Position numbers and translations under genes: made by a program. Positions 32,710 to 43,559 of a stretch of DNA of 64,000 nt are shown here, in pieces; the first letter of the stretch is position 1; every line of letters begins with the position of its first letter. The notes beneath the pieces were generated by a model. That model had not been told where the DNA came from. It did no database searches and was given only the letters and a program-made list of their open reading frames with translations. The stretch covers positions 1,116,001-1,180,000 of the forward strand of contig CDLV01000013.1 in NCBI GenBank assembly GCA_001244265.2, written 5' to 3'. This DNA comes from Microbotryum violaceum. Its lineage: Eukaryota.

Positions 32710-35700
32710 CTATCGCCTGCTGCTACTTGCCATCGTCGTCGCCGAAGCCGCTCGCCTCGCGCTGCCGCGTGAAGCTCTGACGGGGATCGCCGGCGGTTTT
32801 AGGGCATTCAACGTGGGAGAATCGCCATGGGCTTGGGCCTGTGATCTAATACGATCAGTCACGAAGCCAACTTCCAGAAGTGGATATTAACCATCGAAAC
32901 TCACCCCTGTTAGCTCGCTACCTTCCTCCCCACTGCCTTCCCTCTCCTTCACGGCCGATCCATTAGGTGACGACCCCACATCATTCTCAATCACCGGCCT
33001 CTGCTTCAACTTGGCAATCTGCAGCAAAGCTTTCTGCTTCGCCCTTTCCTCCACTCCGACCCTATTGTGCGCGCGCTTTAATTCCCCTTCCTTGTTCGCC
33101 AAATCAGCATCCCTCTTCGCGAGCTCACGTTCCATCAACGCCATCACTTCATCGACCTTTTGTCGCTCGCGTTCTTCTTGTCTCGTGACGAGCGTTGCAC
33201 ATCGTTCAGAAGCTTCATCGCGCGCTTTCTTGACTTGCTCCAATTCGTGTTCGAGGTTGATTTCGTTCTTACGACTGGCAGCCAATTCAAGTTGATCCGA
33301 AAGGTTCGTATCACGTTGGCGTTGTAGATCTGCTTGAAGAGCTAGAACGTGTTGTTGGGACGCTTCGAGGGTGTTGTTGAGGTTTACAGCTTGCAATGCA
33401 GCGGTTTGGTTCGTCGCTTCCAAGTTGGAAACCGTCCTTTCGAGATTCGAAATGCGCTCCACGTGCTTCGCGTTCGTGGTAGCTTGGCTTTGTATTTCCT
33501 CGTCCTTTGTTGCGACTCTGAAGATTCAGGAAGTTATGAGGATCATGAGTCATAAAGGAGGTAGCCCTCGTACATTTCGACGACTCACAGATCTTCAAGC
33601 TTGGACAGGTCGGCCCGGAGGCCCTGAATGATTTGGTCGCTCTGGCTCCTGTGCTTCGCAAGCTCGGCTCTGGCTTCCTCAATTTCCTCCCTAAGAGCAT
33701 CAAGCTTTCCGTCCGATTAGCCCTATGATGGTGGTAGTTTGGAATACACAACTAGGGACCACACTTACCTAAGTGGTCTCAGCGTCTCCAGCTCCCTTTC
33801 CTGCCCTTCGTTCTCACCTCGAAGCCGCCCCAGTTCCATTCGCTCGCTAACATCAACACCGAAAAATTAGCGATTGCCGCACGCTCTGAGCGGGATATGG
33901 TGCTCGCTCACGTGTGTAGATCTGTTGCAAGCTGTTTGATCTCGTCATCCTTTTTGATGTGCGATTGGTCCAATTCCTCCTTTCGCCGAGTGACGGTTTC
34001 ATGTCGAGTCTTCCACGCTTCGAGTCTGGGGGTACAAAGTGCGTGTCAGGTCAGCTCCAGAATACAACTCAAGAATGATATTGTTGCTCACTCGGTCACC
34101 AGCTTCTCCTTCTCGGAGGTAGTAGCGGCGATTATCGAGTCCCGCTCCTGAACCTCTTGACAATGCTTCGCTCGCTCCGCTTCGCTCTTGGACACCAACC
34201 CTTGGACCACTCCCTGAAGATGTTCAACCTGACCCTCGAGTTTGCCAACTTGAGTCTCCAACGCCGAACGCTGAACATTCGCCTCGGCGAGTAAGCCGGT
34301 GTTCATTTCGAGTTTCTCTCGTAGGAGCGAGATAACGTCGTCGCAATTCTTGAGCTCCTGCTGTTGTTGGCGGATCACCTCAAGCTTGGTAGATTCAATT
34401 CGCTCGAGGGTTAGACTGCCCGAGGAATTGGTGTAGTCTCGCTGCAGAGCTGTCAAACAGAGGCCAAAGAATAAGGTACGAATGAAAACGGTCAACAGAG
34501 AAGGTGAAAGCGCTCCGTGCAACTCACTGCCGAGTGAGTCCTGAATCTCCCGCCGTAATTCCTCGAGTTCCCGAAGATCGCTTTCACGATTGAGCCGCTC
34601 CGCCACGTCCTGAAAATTCTTCTGGGTTTGAGCCATTGCTAACCCAGCTTGAACATACCTGAAGAAAAAGATAGCCATTTGAGCCCCCAACTTTTGGAGA
34701 CATGAAAGTCGTGCAACTGACTTTTCCAGCGCGGTTTCCACCTTGGTCCGAACGGTTTGCTTGAGCTCCTGCTTCTCCCCTTCGAGCGCGCGAACCCTCT
34801 TCTCGGTGTGCTCCAATCGACGCTTGTACTCGAGGTTCTCGTTGTACTGTCGGAATAAAAGAAGAGATTCTTGGTCATGTAGAATTGAGCACAGCCGAAA
34901 ATGGTACGCACCATTTGCGTGCTCAATTTCTGCATCACCCCAGCCTGCATCGCCAAAGGGTTATCCTGCGCAGTCGTTGGACGAGCAGTCCGTCCGGTCT
35001 CGGTGGCAGACCCACTTCCACCATTAGTGCCACCCGACGTCTTGATCCTTTTGGATTTCGGTTCCTCCTTGCTTCTTTCCAACCCGCGGTGACCAGCGCC
35101 CGGCTTCTGGAGACTCATCCCGCTCGTCCCGCTGCCGGTTGGTGCGGCGCCCTGAACAGAGCCACTCAAAGAGGCGCGATCTTCAGCGAGGGGCTTCTTG
35201 GGCTTTGATGGCGCGGGCGGATTGTTTTCTGGATGCCCCTTCCCTTCGGGTACCACTGGTGGGGCGACAGATGAAGGTCGCGAATTCGATGGTGTCCGAG
35301 GGGATGCCGAACGTGTCGTCGCGTCCCGTTGAACATCAGGGGAAGACGGCAAGCAGGAGTTTTGAGTGACGACGCTTGTCGAACTAGAGCCTGCGATAGA
35401 CGAAGCTTGCCTTAAAGCATCCTTCTTGGCTGAGGCGCCAGACCAGGTCGACGCTTTCGAGTCGTTGCCTCGGCCTGTGTCTTCTTGGGGGGTGCTAGCA
35501 CGTGGGCTGGAGTTGGCGGAGCTGAATGGCCTCGCGATCACAGCGGCCGAGCCGATGACGCCTCCTGAGGCAGCCAGACGAAATTGGTTGATGAAGCTAT
35601 CCTTTCTAAAGCGCTCAAAGCTCGGTGCATGACTTTTGCTTAAAGTTGCCGGGTTTGTACGACCGCGTTCGTCGAGCGCGCTCGCTGCTGAGCTGCCCGC

Positions 35701-36048
35701 AGTATGTCCTACGCCAGCAACGGCGCCTGCCGGCCTGTGCGGGTTCGTGAACCGGAACTCGACGGTGGGCTGGATATGGGAAGTTGAGCCGAGGTTTTTT
35801 GCTGCATAAACATCCAACGAAGTCGTCGAGGTCGAGGCTCTTGAAGGGGTTGCTGGCTGGTCGTGACTTGGGTCGGCGTGGGAAAGTGACAGCGGTGCCG
35901 GCGGAGACGACGATGACGGTGATGCTCCTGTTGGTGGGCCCGAAGGCAGTGCCGTCGACGTGAGGGGAGGCATGGCAGTGGTCAGATCTGTGCGGTCTTG
36001 AGCTGGGGTGGTGGGTGTCCAAGCCAGTGGTTCCGTCTTGAACGACAT
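32710..36048 (-). CDS. Hypothetical protein: Ser/Pro-rich N-terminus and long coiled-coil C-terminus
   Basis: Chain of same-strand ORFs (34639-36048, 34088-34816, 32887-33462) with GT-AG introns and E/Q/K/L-rich helical segments; last exon inferred to stop at 32710. Confidence 0.6.
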
Positions 36049-36248
36049 CGAGTGACATCATCTGAGCGCGGCGCACCGCACAAGCTCCCGCGACTCTTCG
36101 GTCGGCGCGGCAGCAGTTGACATCGCGCTTCAGAAGTCAATTTGGTTCCTCGCAGCCACAAAGCCTATTCGCCGTCCAGGAATCTAATATCTACGTTTTG
36201 TAATTGCATGTGGAAAAATCCGTTCCTTTATTTCCCGTAAGTCATTGG

Positions 36249-39200
36249 CTACCCGGTTGCCTTAAACACGGCCTTGCGCAGGATGTCGGCCTCGCTGATG
36301 TTGCTGCGGCTGCACATCGAAGAGAAGATGCCGTCCTTGTTGCGGAACAGGTTGATCGGCGTGTCGTACTCGGCGACCTGGCCTTCGGACATGACGAGCA
36401 CGCGATCGCAGTCAATGATGGTACGCAGTCGGTGCGCAATGATCAGCAACGTCTTGTCGTTGAACTCGCTGCGAATCGTCTGCTGGATGTGGCTGTCGGT
36501 CGCGAGATCGACCGAGGCCGTCGCTTCGTCGAGCACAATCACCCGGCTGTCCTTGACGAGCGCGCGCGCGAGCGAGACCAGACTACGTTGGCCGACGGAC
36601 AGGTTGAGCCCTTCGTCCTCGATGACCATATCGAGCGTAAATCGGCTCGTCGCCGTCGTCGCTGCCGTCACCGCGGTCTCGTCTCCCGTTGCTGCGGTGG
36701 CGGTGGCGGTGGCTGTGGTGGTTGTGGCGGTGGCGGTGGCTGGGGTGACTTCGCCGGCGGGGACCTGGTCGACGAGGTACGCTCGCCTCATCGCGTCCCA
36801 CAGCACACGGTCCTCGTAAACGTTGAACGGGTCGAGGTTCGACCGGAGCGTTCCACTGAACAGAAGCGCATCCTGCGGGATGATCGCAATTTTTTCGCGC
36901 AGTTGATTCAACCCGAGCTTCGAAATGTCGATGCCGTCGATCGAAATCTTGCCCGACTGCAGCTCGACCATGCGAAACAGGCACTGCAGGATCGTCGATT
37001 TGCCCGCACCGGTCCTGCCGACGACGCCAATCTTCTGCCCGCCCTCGATACGGAGACTGAGCCCCTTGAGGACCGGCGGTAGCTCTGGGCGGTACGACAT
37101 GAAGACGTTTTCGAACTCGATCGCGCCGTGCGCAGGCCAGCTCGGGTCCGGGCGTGTCTCCTCGATGTCGGACGGCGCCTCTTGCTCGAGGTTGTTGGCG
37201 TAGTGCAGCATACGCTCGACCGAGTTCATATCGTTTTCTGTGTCGACAGTTGCAATCCAACGTCAGAAAACCGACTATTAGAAAGCGGGGGACCAAAGCA
37301 TCAACGCACCGACTTGGGCCAACAAGGTGATGAGCCACGAGAATGCCCCCTGGACCGAGATGATGGTTGCCAAAAGTAAACCAGTCTGAGCAGGAGATAC
37401 AGATTCCCTCGCGACGACAGTAAACAGAGCTACGAGAAGGACGAGAATGGTGCCGAATGCGTCGAGTCGAACTTGGAGCCACTGCTGATTGATGACCGTC
37501 AAGGCGTACGCGCGATTTTCGATGTCGATGTACTTTTCGTTCACCTTCAGGAACTGTTTGGTCCACATTTGAGAATCAGTCTACTTAAGAATCGTCCGAG
37601 GATGTGTCTTCCCCCGCATGAACATACCTTGCCAGACTCTCCGAAAGCTCGGATCGTTGCGAGGCCGGTCAAACTCTCGCTGAAGTGAGCGTAGATAGAT
37701 GACCGCAGCAAGTTATCTGCAGCGGAAGAATGACACCCGAGTCAGCCCAGGAAGGGACACTGCCTCGCTCAAGACTGCTAGACAGTCCATCGATGGTGTG
37801 ATCACCTAGTCGTTTGATCTCGCGTGCCGAGGTCCTATAAAAGCTGCCCACGTAGAAATAGGCACATAGGAGGAAGACAACGACGACGAGGAAATACGGT
37901 ACAACGATGGACACGAGGATGACAGACCCGATCACGAAGCCGCTCAAGCTGAGCGCCCCTTCTATAGAATCGTTGAGCTCATTGTCGATTGTGTCGATGT
38001 CCTTCGAGAACCTATGCAGGGCACGTGGAAGCGGAACGCCATCAGCAACTCTGACGGACACGGCCGTCAAGCGAGGTTGGCGGAGTTCATGGGCGCACCG
38101 GTTCATGATGCGACCTAGTGGGGTCGTATCAAAAAATGCCATTGAAGCATGCATGATTGAGGCAAGCGCCTGCTGGTGCAGAGATTTTGAGGCGTTGTAG
38201 CCGAGGATGACCACCGCCAAAGTCATAGCGAAAGTCAAGACCGCCTGGGCGACACCGAGAAGGGCGTAAACACCCATGTATAAGCCGTTGGGAGAGTGGA
38301 AGCGACTGAAGCACGGGCGAGGGAGAACTGCTCAATCCAAATATACAACAGCGCCTGGACCCATCGTCGCGGAGGGTAAGCAACTCACTCTTCCTGCCAC
38401 CACACGAGCCAATAGGAGCCTAGCACTTGCGCGCCTTGGGCGAGCGCCAGACTGAGGATGAGCAACGGCACCGTGATGTGGCCCTTGGCCGCACGCAGGA
38501 AGGCCATATAGACCCCGCCGTCGACTGCTCCCGTCGCACGCTCCTCCTCTTGCATCAGCCCTTTGCCCTTCTTCTTCATCTTCTTCGGTGCGTCCACGAG
38601 CTCCCCCCCGGCGGCCGCGATGGCATCCTCCTCAACTTCCTCCTCCTCCTCCTCGCGCTTCTCGGTCGCGTCGCCGCCAAACTCGGCGATCATCTTAGAG
38701 AACGGCCCATCCTTGTCCGCGATCAGATCCGCGTACGTGCCCTCCTGCTGGATCCGGCCCTGGTCGATCGTGATGATCCAATCAACGCGAGGCAAGAAGT
38801 GCACGGCATGGGTCACGAGCACGCGTGTGCGGTCCTTCAGCGCACCGCAGATCGCATCGTCGAACAGGGCCTTGCCAACGTGAGCATCGACGGCCGAGAG
38901 TGGGTCGTCAAGCAGCACAATATCCGCGTCAAAGTAGAGCGCACGCGCGATGTTGACGCGCTGCTTCTGCCCACCCGAGAGCGTCACACCCTTCTCGCCA
39001 ATCTCGGTCGCGTCACCAAAGGGCAGCATTTCGATATCCGCGTCGAGGCACGCGTTCGTGATCGCGCGTTCGTACCGGGCCTGGTCGTAGGGCTGACCGA
39101 AGAGCACATTGTCGCGCAACGACACGCTCTGCATCCAGGCGACTTGCGGCGCGTACGCGAGCGAGCCGTTGAAGGTGACCGAGCCCCGAGTACACTTCAT

Positions 39201-41121
39201 CTCGCCGACCAAGGCCTGCAACAGCGAACTCTTACCGGCTCCGATGGGGCCGACGATTGCACAAAGCTGACCCTTTGGGATGCGCAAGTTGATATTGCAC
39301 AACTGCATCAGCTCCTCTGCCTCGGCCGAAAGATTGTGTTGCGATGGTGATGGTGTATTGACAGGCGGAGAACCTTTTGCTTCCTTTGCCTCGCTCTCGA
39401 CAATATTCTTCCTTTTAGACGTGGCCTTGTGACTTTTCGATTCGGCCGCGCTCTCGGCAGGAGGTGGTCCTTCCCACTGAAAGTCGGCGTCGTGGACTTG
39501 AATGGCGTACGGAGAAGAGCTATCGTACTGGAAACTGTCCGCTCTTTTCTCAGCAAGAAGAACCTCGATGATCCTGCCCAACGCGTTGTGTGCATCCATC
39601 ATGTGTGCCAGCCCGTTGGGCAGTAGGCTCAGTGGCAGATTGAGCAGATTGAACAAGGTCAACGAGGTGAAGATGATGGCCGGGTTTTGAGAGTGGCCAG
39701 TACCGGCATACACGAGGAAGGCGATGACGCTTGCCAACGTGGGCAGGCATGTGGCGAAAGCGGAACTGGCGGCTCGCATGGCGAGCAATCCTTTGAGGTG
39801 GGACATCTCTGCAGCGCGTATTCCACCGACCTTGGCGAGGTATGGTTGTTGCCAGCAGAAGAACTTGATGATGCGCTGGCCTCCGATCAATTCTTGGATA
39901 CACTTGGCTCGCTTGTCGGTCCAAACCATGATTTTCTCGCGCGCCGCAAGCATCTTCGTCATTGCCCAAGCTTGCAGAGGGATTGCCAGTGCGAGGAAGA
40001 GGAAGCCAGCGAGCGAACTGGGGCCGAGATTAACGAGCAGTATAATTACGATGACTGCCATCTGTACAGGCGCCGTCCAAGTCATATGGAATAGGAAAGC
40101 CGCATCGTCGATCCTTGAAACGTCGGTCCCAATGTGGTTGACGAGGCGTCCGTTCGTCATGACCGTCCTTGCTTTGGCGGACAGCAACATGGACTGCCGA
40201 TAAATCAAGGCGATGAGAGTACCGCGAGCGAGCACGCCAGTGGTACCGGCACGGGAAAGATGCTGATTATTGCATGTCGAACGAATCAACTGCATGATGC
40301 AAATGGCGAAGGCGAGACCGAGGCCATATCCGACGGGCTGGGCCTCATAACCGGGGACGCCCTTGGCATGATTGTAGGCCTTGGTGCTGAACTGGATGAT
40401 GGCCTTGACGACGAGTGGCGAAGTCACTTGGGCGGTGTCAGCGACGACCTTGATCACGCCGGCACTCCAGAACTGGTACTTGAACGTGTCGCTTAACGCC
40501 AGGGCTAGGCCCGGCTTCCGTCGTCCATCCGCTGCGCCGAGGCCGATCGAGGCTCGCATCTTCCACCACCCACGACGCAGAACCGACGGCTTAAAAGACC
40601 CGTTATCAAGCGATTGGTTCCACGCCTCGACGTCTTGGCGGCGGCGCTCGAAGTTCTCCATCAGCTGGTCCGCGAGGGGACCGCACTCCATCGTCGGAGG
40701 CAGCTTCCACAGGTCCGTCGCGACGAGCGTGCGCTGGTAGCCGACAATGAGCAAGGGTTGGATCCAGTGAAACGTCCATATCGAGAGCAACGACGGCTTG
40801 GGCCAATCCGCGGCTTCGTCGAGCGACGGGTATGGGTCGCGCGGCTGCACACGTCCGAGGAAGGGGATGCTAGATTTGGACAATGTGGGCAGGGGTCAGC
40901 ACGAAAATTCGGAAACCGCGATCACGTTTCCGTGCTCGGGTCGCGAAGGCATCGGCTTTTATTCAGTACGTGGAATGAGTGCAAACTCACAATCTCGGCC
41001 TCGAGGATTTCGACTGCGGTTTTTCTTGTAATACCGACGGGTCTTTGAGATCGTCGCCAGATACCGAATCGCCCAGCTCCGACCCCTTTTCGAAGTTGCC
41101 TGGGTATGAGGGTGCCACCAT
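36249..41121 (-). CDS. ABCC/MRP (Yor1-like) full-size ABC transporter, copy A (divergent TMDs)
   Basis: Walker A GPIGAGKS and GRTGAGKS, signatures LSGGQ and LSVGQ, LLDDPLSAVD, LDEATASVD. First exon MVAPSY...EKPQSKSSRPRF starts at 41121; all exons splice in frame. Confidence 0.92.
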
Positions 41122-42399
41122 TTGTCTCACAGTTTGCGCCAATCTTTGAGAACAGGCGAAGCTTAACAGTGTCAGAAACGGCGAGTCGGCGGTAAGGGGT
41201 TCGATGCACGATGAAGCTTACTATAGATGCCGTGTGGTGCGAGTCGGACTGACAGGGCTTGCTTGATTGCGTGCCCACGTGATCGGGGCTGCCAATAGAG
41301 TCGAAGCCTACCGCCTCCTGTGAGCTACTTTCTGTGTGCAGCACCCTGTGATAGACCAGTTTCGAGCTTCCCTATATCTTTGTAGTGGCAAGGAAGCAGG
41401 TCAATTCGAGTTGAATACCTCGGTAGTGTCGTGAAGTGCCGGGAGAGACTTCGGAAGTGTAGAGTGGCTCGGTGACTGGTGATCGTTCGAGTCATACCCG
41501 CGCAACAGCTTGCGACAGTGTGCGGCGTTTCACTGGAGGGCCTGTCATAAGGAGGTGCCCCTGAGATAGCTAGTACCTTAATGCCGCTAGTCGCTTATCT
41601 CGCGAATTGTGCATTCGAACCTATGGCCGACCCAAAACGACTGAGATTGAATGACTCGACGGGCAGTCGACCGCGTGGTCGGTGAGACGCGCACGCGCCT
41701 ACAGAGTAATCGGGCCGATCACCGGCCACAATTTGATCTCAGCACGCGCCGCCGCCAACTACTGGCACTCCTGAGCTCCGTAGATATCCGGGGGATTGTC
41801 GGCTAAAATTATAATGTCCTACCTATTTATATATAACGCGGCTACCACCCATGCGGCGTCATCCAAGAGATTGCTTTACTAACTTTTGTATGTAAATTGC
41901 GGGCCCGCGACTTAAAATCGCTGTTATCGACTGTATTGCGGCCTGGGCCGCTCGAGGTGAATGTGTCAGCATCCTGCTGAGTCTGCCCTACCTGGAAATA
42001 GTCCTAGGTACGGTACCGGTCTGCTTACCTGGACGCTAGCTAGCCTACAACTGGTTCTACTCACCGGTTGATCTGTGTCGCTTGATCTGTGTGGGTGATG
42101 TAGGCGAACGTGGACTATTGCGAATAGAAGAAGCTCGGACGGGACAGGTGGCCGATCGCACCAGTCCTCGCGAGAAATGTGTGAGAGTAGGGTATCATCG
42201 AGTATTGCAATGACAAACCGCTCGAGGGAGTCATCAAACTAATGGGGAGTACTGTCCGAGAAATGCACGCTCTGCTTCCGTTGATCACGATTGCTTGGGA
42301 ACGCTGTGAGAGTGGCGAAGGCGAGCCGAGGTGTACGGGCTGCGGCGGGGCGAAGATGACAGCAAGGGGTCAGTGCATCTCGATTAGGGACTCGACTCG

Positions 42400-43110
42400 T
42401 ACCAAGCACGGAGGCTCAACTCGCCACACAGACTTGTTGTAACAAAACTTGTTCGCAACATCGGCAGGGCACTTGCGGTGGTAGTCGGAGCATTGGCGGG
42501 GGACACCGTCGTGGACGACGCCGTGCGAGTATCGGAAACCGTCGAATTCACCGCCGCGAATCAGAGGAAGCCGCACTGGTTGCCGCCCCCAGATGTCGAA
42601 CGAGGCGCAGCCCCTCAGTACGCGGCGCATGCATTGATGGAAGCAACGGTGACGGCGGGCTCGCCGTTCTTGGTGGTCTGGAAGTTGTCGTGCAAGAGAT
42701 CGACTTATTTGCGCAGAGAAACGAAGTGAAGAACCAGCATCAGTATCCCGATAAGAAAGCAGAGGAGATGGCAGCGATAATCTCACGAATCTGGGACGCA
42801 TTGGCCCGAGACATTTATGAAGCCTGACTTGCACTTCAAATCGCATTGGCCGGAAGTGTTGCATATCGGAGCGCCGTTGTCGTCGGGGCAGAGGGCCACT
42901 TAGATGCGTCGCAGACAGGGTCTTGGGGATGCAGGCGCCGCTGACCTTGTTGTGGTAGCCGGTGTCGCAGGTGATGTCGCACTTGCCCGCGGAGGTGCAG
43001 ATCGGGGTCGGGCACTTGATCACGTCGAAGACAGGGGTGTTGGGAAGGCAAGCACCGGTGACTCTCTTGTAGCCAGTGTTGCAGTTGCTGTTGCACTTGT
43101 CGCAGAAATG
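42400..43110 (-). pseudogene. Decayed Cys-rich tandem-repeat (probably secreted) protein gene
   Basis: Repeats CNTGYKRVTGACLPNTPVFDVIKCP / CDTGYHNKVSGACIPKT.VCD / CNTSGQCDLKCKSGFINVSGQCVP, broken by frameshifts; downstream exon has in-frame stops; no start or signal-peptide exon seen. Confidence 0.7.
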
Positions 43111-43133
43111 TTCTCAGGTGGAATCTGATAATG

Positions 43134-43245
43134 ACCACGACTCAGTCCAATGAACAGGGACGAGAACAGAGTGAGGTAAGATTCCAAAGAGCTGACCTGA
43201 TGATCACCACGACTCAGTCCAATGAACAGGGACGAGAACAGAGTG
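43134..43245. repeat. Perfect 40-bp direct repeat (43134-43173 and 43206-43245)
   Basis: ACCACGACTCAGTCCAATGAACAGGGACGAGAACAGAGTG occurs twice with a 72-bp period. Confidence 0.95.
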
Positions 43246-43559
43246 GCCAGAGACTAAGGGACAGCTCGCGGAAGGCTATAAAGTGAAGCGTAAAGCTAAT
43301 AAGGAGAGAGCTTAGAGACTAGCAAATTTAAGTAGGGAGATTGAGTGACTAAGGAGTGAATGACACGCCGACCCGACACCCGAGGCAGAGCAAAACTCAA
43401 GATCACCCCCTCGAGCGGTGAGCGTCAAGCCGAGGCAAACAGACCAAGGCAAACAGCAAGCAAGGGTCCAATGCAATGCAAAACTACCAACTAAAACAAA
43501 CCCCAAACTACCAAAGAAATCATACCCAAATACTCCGCTTCCTTGAGAGCCCAAGCCCC

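Noticed and set aside
43134-43245. 40-bp repeat with a 32-bp spacer resembling a minimal CRISPR array
   Set aside because: Only two units, similarity extends into the flanks, eukaryotic context and no cas genes; a simple local duplication
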